Shown: positions 57,253-64,000 of the stretch, in pieces
How the letters are laid out: every line of letters starts with the position of its first letter
How positions within the stretch are numbered: the first letter of the stretch is position 1
Source: an uncultured bacterium
GTDB taxonomy: Bacteria > Zixibacteria > MSB-5A5 > UBA10806
DNA length: 64,000 nucleotides
Assembly: GCA_965541585.1 (NCBI GenBank)
Contig: CBEUCH010000005.1
Span: forward strand, 128,001-192,000
Direction of reading: 5' to 3'
The notes under the pieces: model-generated
The model's database searches: none
What the model saw: only the letters and a program-made list of their open reading frames with translations
What the model was told of the DNA's origin: nothing
Made by a program: the position numbers and the translations under genes

Positions 57253-57893
57253 TCCCCAGCACCGACCATTTCGGTGATGGAACCGAACACCTCGTCGAAA
57301 CCTTTACCGCCGTCTACCTCGATCAAGATTCCCTTCTTGCGGTAGTAATTCTTAATCGGTTCTGTCTTCTCGCGGTAAACCGAGAGGCGGTTATTAATGA
57401 CTTCGACGGTATCGTCGGTTCGCTGAAAAAGTTCACCGCCGCATCGATCACAGACGCCCTCCGCCTTCGGGGGCCTGGTCTTGAGATTAAACTCGAATCC
57501 GCAGTTTCTGCATAGACGGCGTGAAACGAGCCTGTCTATTATCGCTTCATCAGCAACTTTCAGGCTGATGACATAATCAATATTCAATCCGAGTTCGCTC
57601 AAGATTTCGTCCAATCCTTCCGCCTGCGCCAGCGTTCTCGGGAAACCGTCGAATATAAGATCCTCACCCTTCCCCGTCAACCCTTCTTTTATGATCCCCA
57701 GAATAATCTCATCCGGGACCAGCTCACCGGCATCGACGAATTTCTTTGCGCTCAATCCCGGCCCGGTTTCATCCTTGACCGCTTTGCGGAGAATATCGCC
57801 GGTCGCTATATGCGCCAGGCCGTACTTCTCCACCAGCTTCTTGGCCTGAGTACCCTTGCCCGATCCTGGAGGACCCAAAAACACCATCCTCAT
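57249..57893 (-). CDS. adk: Adenylate kinase (zinc-binding LID)
   Basis: GPPGSGKGTQ, DGFPRT, CRNC...CDRC. Confidence 0.97.
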   Translation of the reverse strand: MRMVFLGPPGSGKGTQAKKLVEKYGLAHIATGDILRKAVKDETGPGLSAKKFVDAGELVPDEIILGIIKEGLTGKGEDLIFDGFPRTLAQAEGLDEILSELGLNIDYVISLKVADEAIIDRLVSRRLCRNCGFEFNLKTRPPKAEGVCDRCGGELFQRTDDTVEVINNRLSVYREKTEPIKNYYRKKGILIEVDGGKGFDEVFGSITEMVGAGE

Positions 57894-59218
57894 TAACTAT
57901 AACGCCCTTTCATCCTGCCCTTTTTGATGAAACCGTCATAATGCCTCATCAGCAAATGCGATTCGATCTGCTGAAGTGTATCAAGAGCCACGCCGACAAC
58001 GATGAGAAGACCTGTGCCTCCGAAATAGAACTGAACTTCGGCTAGATTGGACATTATATTGGGCATAATTGCAATTATGGCGAAAAATGTGGCGCCGGGT
58101 AAAGTAATTCTGGTAAGAATCCTGTCAATATATTCGGCGGTCCTTTGTCCGGGGCGAATTCCGGGGATAAATCCCCCCTGTTTTTTCATATTATCAGCCA
58201 GATCGACCGGATTGAACACGATGGCCGTATAGAAATAGGCGAAGAAAACTATCAAAAGACCAAAAATAATCATGTATATAGCAGCTCCGGGGTCAAACCA
58301 GGTGGAAACCATTACCATAAAATCGCTATCCGGGAAAAACGACGTTACGGTCTGCGGTGCGAACATGATGGATTGGGCGAATATAATCGGAATAACCCCC
58401 GCCGTGTTGACGGAGAGCGGAATGTGTGTGCTGGTGCCGCCATATACTTTTCTTCCGACGACTCTTTTGGCGTATTGCACGGGGATCTTCCTCTGAGACC
58501 TGGTGACGAGTATTATGGCCGCTACGATGGCTACCATAAATGAAATGATTATCAGTTCCTTTATAACGTTGCCTCGCGGAGCTCCGGTCAATCCGAAAAA
58601 GCCCGGGAAAAACTTCTGTAGTTCATCCATAATGCCCAGCGGTAACCTGGCTATAATGCCGATGAATATTATCAAGGATATACCGTTGCCTATACCCCTC
58701 TCGGTGATCCTCTCCCCCAACCACATAATGAATATGGTTCCTGAGGTGAAGGTCAGGATGGTAATTGCAATAAAATTAGAGCGCGAAAACCCCTGCAAGA
58801 GCAAGGAAGGATTGGTTTGGCTGGCAAGGAAAATGGCCATTCCCATGGCCTGCATTGATGCAATCAGGACCGTACCATAACGTGTATATTGAGTGATTTT
58901 TCGACGTCCCTCTTCTCCTTCCTTCTGCAGCCTCTGGAAAAATGGGATCACAGCTCCTAAGAGCTGAATGATAATCGAAGCCGAGATATACGGCATGATG
59001 CCCAGGGCAAATATGGTGACTTTTGTGAAAGCCCCGCCGACGAACAGATCATAGAGGTTGAAAAGACCGCCGGGATTGAATTGTTCGATAGCATTAAGAT
59101 CAACGCCCGGAGTGGGAATATGCCCTCCGATGCGATAGACAATCAGAAGCCCCAGAGTAAACATAATTCTCTGCCGTAGCTCGTGAATCTTGAAAATGTT
59201 TCTTAGACTTCCAAACAC
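57893..59218 (-). CDS. secY: Preprotein translocase SecY
   Basis: FALGIMPYISASII, GIGNGISLIIF, FIPGIRPG, GGTGLLIVVGV. Confidence 0.98.
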   Translation of the reverse strand: MFGSLRNIFKIHELRQRIMFTLGLLIVYRIGGHIPTPGVDLNAIEQFNPGGLFNLYDLFVGGAFTKVTIFALGIMPYISASIIIQLLGAVIPFFQRLQKEGEEGRRKITQYTRYGTVLIASMQAMGMAIFLASQTNPSLLLQGFSRSNFIAITILTFTSGTIFIMWLGERITERGIGNGISLIIFIGIIARLPLGIMDELQKFFPGFFGLTGAPRGNVIKELIIISFMVAIVAAIILVTRSQRKIPVQYAKRVVGRKVYGGTSTHIPLSVNTAGVIPIIFAQSIMFAPQTVTSFFPDSDFMVMVSTWFDPGAAIYMIIFGLLIVFFAYFYTAIVFNPVDLADNMKKQGGFIPGIRPGQRTAEYIDRILTRITLPGATFFAIIAIMPNIMSNLAEVQFYFGGTGLLIVVGVALDTLQQIESHLLMRHYDGFIKKGRMKGRYS

Positions 59219-59778
59219 TATTTTTCACCGCCGGTTTTTCCTTTATCACCAGAATTACCCCCGGTAGGATTCTTCGTCTCCCCGGAACTGATCGACCGCG
59301 CAGGCGGCTTCTTACCCGATTTATCATCCGATGCCGCCCGGCCAATAATCTCAATTCGCCCTCCGGCTTTCTCAATCTTTTCAATTGCCGTTCTGGAAAA
59401 GGCGTGGGCCTTAATGTTTATGGCCTTTTCAATTTCTCCGACACCGAGGATTTTAATAGGCTTACCTCTTTTCCGCACCAGACCCCTCTGGTGAAGCAGC
59501 TCCGGCGTAATATCGGAAGAATTCAGAGAAGCCACTCTGAATAAATTCACTTCATGATAATCGACCCGGAATATATTGGTGAATCCTCTCTTAGGCAAGC
59601 GCCTTTGAAGTGGCATCTGTCCACCCTCACTCCAGGCTCTGCTTTTGTAGCCGCTTCTGGATTTCTGTCCTTTGTGGCCCTTTCCCGAGGTCTTTCCTGT
59701 GCCAGAACCCGGACCTCTGCCGAGCCTCTTCCTGTTCTTTACAGATCCCGGCGCCGGTTTTAAGTTTGCAAGATCCAT
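59218..59778 (-). CDS. rplO: 50S ribosomal protein L15 with C-terminal extension
   Basis: GRG.GSG.GKTSGKGHKGQ, EGGQMPL.RRLPKRGF. Confidence 0.97.
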   Translation of the reverse strand: MDLANLKPAPGSVKNRKRLGRGPGSGTGKTSGKGHKGQKSRSGYKSRAWSEGGQMPLQRRLPKRGFTNIFRVDYHEVNLFRVASLNSSDITPELLHQRGLVRKRGKPIKILGVGEIEKAINIKAHAFSRTAIEKIEKAGGRIEIIGRAASDDKSGKKPPARSISSGETKNPTGGNSGDKGKTGGEK

Positions 59779-59779
59779 C

Positions 59780-59968
59780 TCATCCCTGTTGTTTGTTTAT
59801 CTTCACCAGGTGTGCGACTTTCCGGATCATTCCGCGAATCGTTGCGCTATCATCATGAATAACCGTTTGCTCCCGTCGTCTTAGTCCCAGCGCTTTCATG
59901 TTCTTTCTCTGGTTTCCATTGGCCCCGGCCACAGATCTCACCTGTTTGATCTCCAGCTTATCCGTCAC
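59780..59968 (-). CDS. rpmD: 50S ribosomal protein L30
   Basis: IKQVRS, ALGLRR, IRGMI.KV.HLV. Confidence 0.95.
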   Translation of the reverse strand: MTDKLEIKQVRSVAGANGNQRKNMKALGLRRREQTVIHDDSATIRGMIRKVAHLVKINKQQG

Positions 59969-60468
59969 GGCTGCTTTTCCTCCTGGTTTCTGTACGCGTC
60001 AAGCTCTTCGATTTCTTTCAACCTCAAGAGCCCCTCCATGGTAGCTCTTACAACATTATGAGCGTTGGGCGAACCGAGGATTTTCGTCAGTATATCCTGT
60101 ATGCCCGCTGATTCCAGGACCGCGCGAACCGGTCCTCCGGCTATGACGCCGGTACCGGGAGAAGCGGGTTTTAGCATGACTTTTGCAGCTCCGTAGCGCC
60201 CTACGACTTCACGTGATATGGTGCCCTCGGTAATGGGCACTTTCACCATGCCCTTCCGGGCTGCCTCGCTCCCCTTGCGGATGGCCTCGGAAACCTCCGA
60301 AGCTTTCCCGAGCCCTATGCCCACCTTACCTTTTTTATCTCCCGCTGCCACAAGAGCCGTGAAGCTGAAACGCCGGCCACCTTTCACTACCTTGGCAACC
60401 CGATTTACATTAATTATTTTTTCCTGAAGGTCTGATTGATCGTCGGTAAATCTCCGCAAACTCCACAC
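59965..60468 (-). CDS. rpsE: 30S ribosomal protein S5
   Basis: [24 protein letters not shown]. The start may be TTG at 60459. Confidence 0.98.
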   Translation of the reverse strand: MWSLRRFTDDQSDLQEKIINVNRVAKVVKGGRRFSFTALVAAGDKKGKVGIGLGKASEVSEAIRKGSEAARKGMVKVPITEGTISREVVGRYGAAKVMLKPASPGTGVIAGGPVRAVLESAGIQDILTKILGSPNAHNVVRATMEGLLRLKEIEELDAYRNQEEKQP

Positions 60469-60485
60469 TCCATTTATTTAAAGTA

Positions 60486-60851
60486 TCAGAATTCCAATCC
60501 TGCTTTACGCGCGGCCTCGGCCAGCGTCTTTATCTTGCCATGATAAAGATATCCGGAACGATCAAAAACTATCTTCTTGATTCCCAGCCCCTGTGCCTTT
60601 TTTGCAATGGTCTCTCCGACCGCCTTCGCCTTATCCATCTTGGTGCCTGAAACATCCAGACTTCCCTTCAGGCTAGATACGCCCGTCAGAGTCTTCCTGG
60701 CTACATCGTCAACAAGCTGAGCGTAGATATGATTCAGGCTTTTGAAGACGACCAGCCTCGGGCAATCGGTGGTGCCGTGAATCTTGCCTCTGACTCTCCT
60801 GGCACGTCTGGCCCTGGCTTTGTATTTTCTGGTGCTCTTATCGCTTGCCAT
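60486..60851 (-). CDS. rplR: 50S ribosomal protein L18
   Basis: PRLVVFKS..HIYAQ, FDRSGYLYHG. Confidence 0.97.
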   Translation of the reverse strand: MASDKSTRKYKARARRARRVRGKIHGTTDCPRLVVFKSLNHIYAQLVDDVARKTLTGVSSLKGSLDVSGTKMDKAKAVGETIAKKAQGLGIKKIVFDRSGYLYHGKIKTLAEAARKAGLEF

Positions 60852-60852
60852 C

Positions 60853-61392
60853 TTACGCCCCTGCGGTCTTGCCGGCCTTTCGCCTTATATGCTCGCCAGC
60901 GTATCTAATACCTTTTCCTTTATAAGGCTCGGGGGGTCTGAATGACCGGATCTTTGCCGCTATCTGTCCCACAAGCTGCTTATCTATTCCGGAGACCGTC
61001 ATCTTATTGATTCCCTGGATTTTTATCTCAATATCCTCCGGCGGTATCAAGACAATGGGATGGGAATATCCCAGCGAAAAAGATATCGCCTTCCCGGCCT
61101 TTTCCGCCCTATACCCCACGCCCTCGATCTCGAGATCCCGGGAAAAACCTTCGGTGACGCCGACGACCATATTGGCTATCAAGGCCCTGTAGAGACCATG
61201 CATGGCTCTGTGACGATTGGAATCGGACGGTCTGGTTAGTATGGCCTGGTCATCCTTAATCTCAATGGCAATATCGCCATTTATCTGTTGCGTGGCTTTT
61301 CCCCTGGGGCCTTCAACGGTTACGACGTTACCAGCGCACGCTATTTTCACCCCTGACGGTATGGGGATTGGCTTTTTACCGACGCGAGACAT
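60853..61392 (-). CDS. rplF: 50S ribosomal protein L6
   Basis: MSRVGKKPI, GVGYRA, PEPYKGKGIRY. Confidence 0.98.
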   Translation of the reverse strand: MSRVGKKPIPIPSGVKIACAGNVVTVEGPRGKATQQINGDIAIEIKDDQAILTRPSDSNRHRAMHGLYRALIANMVVGVTEGFSRDLEIEGVGYRAEKAGKAISFSLGYSHPIVLIPPEDIEIKIQGINKMTVSGIDKQLVGQIAAKIRSFRPPEPYKGKGIRYAGEHIRRKAGKTAGA

Positions 61393-61407
61393 AATCTTCC
61401 CTCAATC

Positions 61408-61806
61408 TCACCATATTCTAAATAGAGCTTCTCCGCCGACTCCGGATTCCAGAGCGCGTTTATCGGTCATGAGCCCTTTCGACGTTGAGAGTATCACGGT
61501 TCCCATTTTTCGAGTGCCCTTGGTCAGGTCATTTCTGGTCCAGTAGATTCTCAAACCCGGCTTCGATATTCTTTCCAGCCCGCTGATGATGCTTTTAGAA
61601 TCAGGGGTGTATTTCAACCGTATGCGCAAAATCCCCTGTAAGCTATCCTCAATGAAGTCCACCGAGCGAAGGAAATTCAGCTCCACCAGGAGATCGGCGA
61701 TCTGAAGTTTCAATTTTGACGCCGGTATATCCACACGCCGGTGGTTGGCTTTCAATGTGTTTCTAACCCTGGTTAGAAAATCCGCTATTGGATCGGTCAT
61801 AACCAT
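61408..61806 (-). CDS. rpsH: 30S ribosomal protein S8
   Basis: TDPIADFLTR.RN, ISKPGLR.Y, STSKG.MTD. Confidence 0.97.
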   Translation of the reverse strand: MVMTDPIADFLTRVRNTLKANHRRVDIPASKLKLQIADLLVELNFLRSVDFIEDSLQGILRIRLKYTPDSKSIISGLERISKPGLRIYWTRNDLTKGTRKMGTVILSTSKGLMTDKRALESGVGGEALFRIW

Positions 61807-61813
61807 AATTCAC

Positions 61814-61999
61814 CTACCAACTTGCCTTCACGATGCCGGGAATCTCACCGGCCAGGGCCAATTCCCTGAAGCAGATCCTGCATAGACCGAATTTTCTCAA
61901 ATATCCTCTCGGTCGTCCGCAACGTCTGCAACGGCTATGCCGGCGAACTTCATATTTCGGCGTCCTGGTGGAGGCAACTACTTTGCATTTCTTGGCCAT
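61814..61999 (-). CDS. rpsZ: 30S ribosomal protein S14 (type Z, zinc-binding)
   Basis: RCRRCGRPR...[14 protein letters not shown]. Confidence 0.97.
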   Translation of the reverse strand: MAKKCKVVASTRTPKYEVRRHSRCRRCGRPRGYLRKFGLCRICFRELALAGEIPGIVKASW

Positions 62000-62003
62000 A
62001 TAA

Positions 62004-62546
62004 TCAATTCCTCTTAAACGGCATTCCGAACGCCTTCAGCAGTTCGAAAGCTTCTCCATCCGTCCTGGCTGTTGTGGCGATAGTGATATTCATGCCACGG
62101 ATCTTATCTATTTTATCATAGTCTATCTCGGGAAAAATGATCTGCTCGGTAATACCCAGGGTGTAATTCCCCCTGCCATCGAACGATTTCGTCGGCATTC
62201 CCCTGAAATCCCTGATCCGGGGGATTGCTATATTGATCAGGCGATCCAGGAATTCGTACATCCGGTTGCCGCGAAACGTAACCGAACAACCTACCGGCAT
62301 TCCGGCTCTCAGTTTAAAATTCGAAATGGACTTGCGCGCTCGTCTGATAACGGGACGTTGACCGGCAATGGCGGTCAGCTCGGCCATCGCATTATCAAGT
62401 TTCTTAGGATCGCCGATGGCGTCACCGACGCCCATATTGACCACGATCTTATCGATCCCGGGCACCTGATTCACATTCTTATAGCCGACGCTTTTCATGA
62501 GATTCGGTCTGATATCCTCGACGTATCGGTTCTTGAGCCTGGCCAT
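62004..62546 (-). CDS. rplE: 50S ribosomal protein L5
   Basis: [29 protein letters not shown]. Confidence 0.98.
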   Translation of the reverse strand: MARLKNRYVEDIRPNLMKSVGYKNVNQVPGIDKIVVNMGVGDAIGDPKKLDNAMAELTAIAGQRPVIRRARKSISNFKLRAGMPVGCSVTFRGNRMYEFLDRLINIAIPRIRDFRGMPTKSFDGRGNYTLGITEQIIFPEIDYDKIDKIRGMNITIATTARTDGEAFELLKAFGMPFKRN

Positions 62547-62547
62547 C

Positions 62548-62859
62548 TTATTCTATGATCTCCCCGGTTTTCTTGTTGATGCGCACCTTCTTGCCATCGA
62601 CCAGAATCCTGTGACCCAGCTTGGCAACAGTGTTGGAACGAGTATCGAAATACATCACATTGGAGGCATTGATCGAACCCTCTTTTTCTATTATCCCGCC
62701 TTTGCGATTCTTGGGGGTGGGGCGCGTGTGCCTTTTTATCAGGTTCACACCCTCAACTATCACCCGGTCGGCCTCAGGGAATACCTTTAAGACCTTACCG
62801 ACCTTTCCACGGGCATTTCCTGAAATCACTTTAATGGTGTCGCCTTTTCGTATCTTCAT
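62548..62859 (-). CDS. rplX: 50S ribosomal protein L24
   Basis: IRKGD.I.VISG, VIVEGVN, GGIIEKE..I.ASNV. Confidence 0.97.
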   Translation of the reverse strand: MKIRKGDTIKVISGNARGKVGKVLKVFPEADRVIVEGVNLIKRHTRPTPKNRKGGIIEKEGSINASNVMYFDTRSNTVAKLGHRILVDGKKVRINKKTGEIIE

Positions 62860-62871
62860 TATTTAGCTCCC

Positions 62872-63240
62872 TCAGAGCACCTCGGGCGCCAACGATATAA
62901 TCTTCATGAACTGCTTATCCCGAAGTTCCCGGGCCACCGGCCCGAATATACGCGTGCCCCGGGGCTCCTTTTGTTCGCTTATAATCACCGCTGCATTATC
63001 CGAAAAACGGATATAAGAACCGTCCTTACGCCTTGTCTCGCGCGTGGTGCGCACCACAACGGCTTTGCAGACCTCGCTCTTCTTGACGGTCCCTCCCGGT
63101 ATAGCGTCTTTGACCGTGCAGACAATTATATCACCGATTCGGGCATATCGTTTCCTGGTGCCTCCGAGAACCCGGAAGCACTGAACGACCTTGGCCCCCG
63201 AATTATCCGCTACGATCAGCTTCGAATATTCCTGAATCAT
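62872..63240 (-). CDS. rplN: 50S ribosomal protein L14
   Basis: [28 protein letters not shown]. Confidence 0.98.
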   Translation of the reverse strand: MIQEYSKLIVADNSGAKVVQCFRVLGGTRKRYARIGDIIVCTVKDAIPGGTVKKSEVCKAVVVRTTRETRRKDGSYIRFSDNAAVIISEQKEPRGTRIFGPVARELRDKQFMKIISLAPEVL

Positions 63241-63259
63241 ACCTGAGCCACCGTTGTTA

Positions 63260-63514
63260 TCACTTGGCCTTCTCTGTAATTTTAACGAGACGCCAGCGCT
63301 TTGTCTTGGAAAGCGGCCGGCATTCCATTACGAGAACCTTGTCCCCTCTGCCAGCCTCGTTCTTTTCATCGTGCACATAGAGTCTTTTACTTTTACGTAT
63401 GGTCTTTCCAAAAACCGAATGCTTCAATAAGCGTTGAATGGTTACTACAATACTCTTATCCATCCCGGAGGAGACGACCACACCCGTTCTGGTCTTGCGC
63501 GATTCCCTAGGCAT
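63260..63514 (-). CDS. rpsQ: 30S ribosomal protein S17
   Basis: [28 protein letters not shown]. Confidence 0.97.
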   Translation of the reverse strand: MPRESRKTRTGVVVSSGMDKSIVVTIQRLLKHSVFGKTIRKSKRLYVHDEKNEAGRGDKVLVMECRPLSKTKRWRLVKITEKAK

Positions 63515-63737
63515 TTTCCGATTCTCCCTTGGCGGCTAATGGCCTGATTTTCATTTCATCCTCAAGCAATATGGTAACGATCCTCGCATGTTCCCGCCTT
63601 AATGTTCTTATCCTCAGGGGATTATCGATCTGCTTGGTTGCCTGACGGATCTTCAAGTTGAATATTTCCTTTTCGAGTTCCTCTTTTTTTAAGAGGATCT
63701 CATCTTTTGTCATGTCCCTGAATTCTTGCGGCTTCAT
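63507..63737 (-). CDS. rpmC: 50S ribosomal protein L29
   Basis: E.FNLK, NP.RIR.LRR..ARI.T; operon position. Confidence 0.93.
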   Translation of the reverse strand: MKPQEFRDMTKDEILLKKEELEKEIFNLKIRQATKQIDNPLRIRTLRREHARIVTILLEDEMKIRPLAAKGESENA

Positions 63738-63741
63738 TCTA

Positions 63742-63999
63742 TCAATCCTTGGCTAAATCATGCCGGGTGACAAACTTCGTTTTAATCGGCAGCTTGGCCG
63801 CGGCCAATCCTAAAGCCTGTTTAGCCAGATCTTCCTCGATACCTTCAAGCTCGAAAAGGATTCTGCCCGGCTTAACAACAGCGACCCAGTATTCGGGCGC
63901 ACCTTTTCCTTTACCCATCCTGGTCTCGGCGGGCTTTTTGGATACCGGCTTATCCGGAAAAACCCTGATCCATACTTTCCCCCCGCGCTTGATACGTCG
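63742..63999 (-). CDS. rplP: 50S ribosomal protein L16, C-terminal part (5' end outside the window)
   Basis: Hand translation ...[48 protein letters not shown]...KLPIKTKFV. Confidence 0.97.
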   Translation of the reverse strand, partial: RRIKRGGKVWIRVFPDKPVSKKPAETRMGKGKGAPEYWVAVVKPGRILFELEGIEEDLAKQALGLAAAKLPIKTKFVTRHDLAKD

Positions 64000-64000
64000 A

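Noticed and set aside
1..64000. Many plus-strand ORFs of 60-225 aa in the track, and any CRISPR, tRNA, rRNA or IS element
   Set aside because: The ORFs are antisense or alternate-frame shadows of well-supported genes. I saw no repeat-spacer array, cloverleaf, rRNA or transposase by eye.

Overview
This is a gene-dense chromosomal region, almost all on the minus strand, from a moderately GC-rich bacterium. Two large secreted proteins ending in 'QNYPNPFN' C-terminal sorting domains suggest an FCB-affiliated lineage such as Zixibacteria (inference only). Reading in transcription order from the right end: the distal S10, spc and alpha ribosomal clusters (rplP to rplQ, with secY, adk, map, infA, rpoA); cdd-deoC-pdp; PBP1A (+); tyrS-prfB (programmed +1 frameshift); small membrane and regulatory genes; rlmN (+); a PhaR/phasin fusion with a UbiB kinase; a heat-shock cluster (hrcA-grpE...dnaK...dnaJ) with extra genes inserted; rsmE-hit-fusA2-yebC-ruvCAB-queA-ispDF-dedA-ddl; cysS; an M14 peptidase; uvrC-MBL-hisJ-mpg; a large surface protein; xerD and a REC-GGDEF gene. 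I found no rRNA, tRNA, CRISPR array or transposase. The most notable signals are: (1) a radical SAM/SPASM enzyme plus an unknown partner gene between dnaK and dnaJ, bracketed by a diverged duplication of the dnaJ upstream region; (2) an unannotated CxxU SelW/Rdx selenoprotein with a SECIS-like hairpin after grpE; (3) a sigma54-type promoter followed by a three-way-junction RNA whose alternative fold sequesters the Shine-Dalgarno (SD) of a 36-aa membrane peptide; (4) a PhaR-phasin fusion with an internal start and a PhaR-like operator; (5) a recurrent leaderless promoter architecture. All alignments, folds and translations outside the ORF track were done by hand and need computational confirmation.
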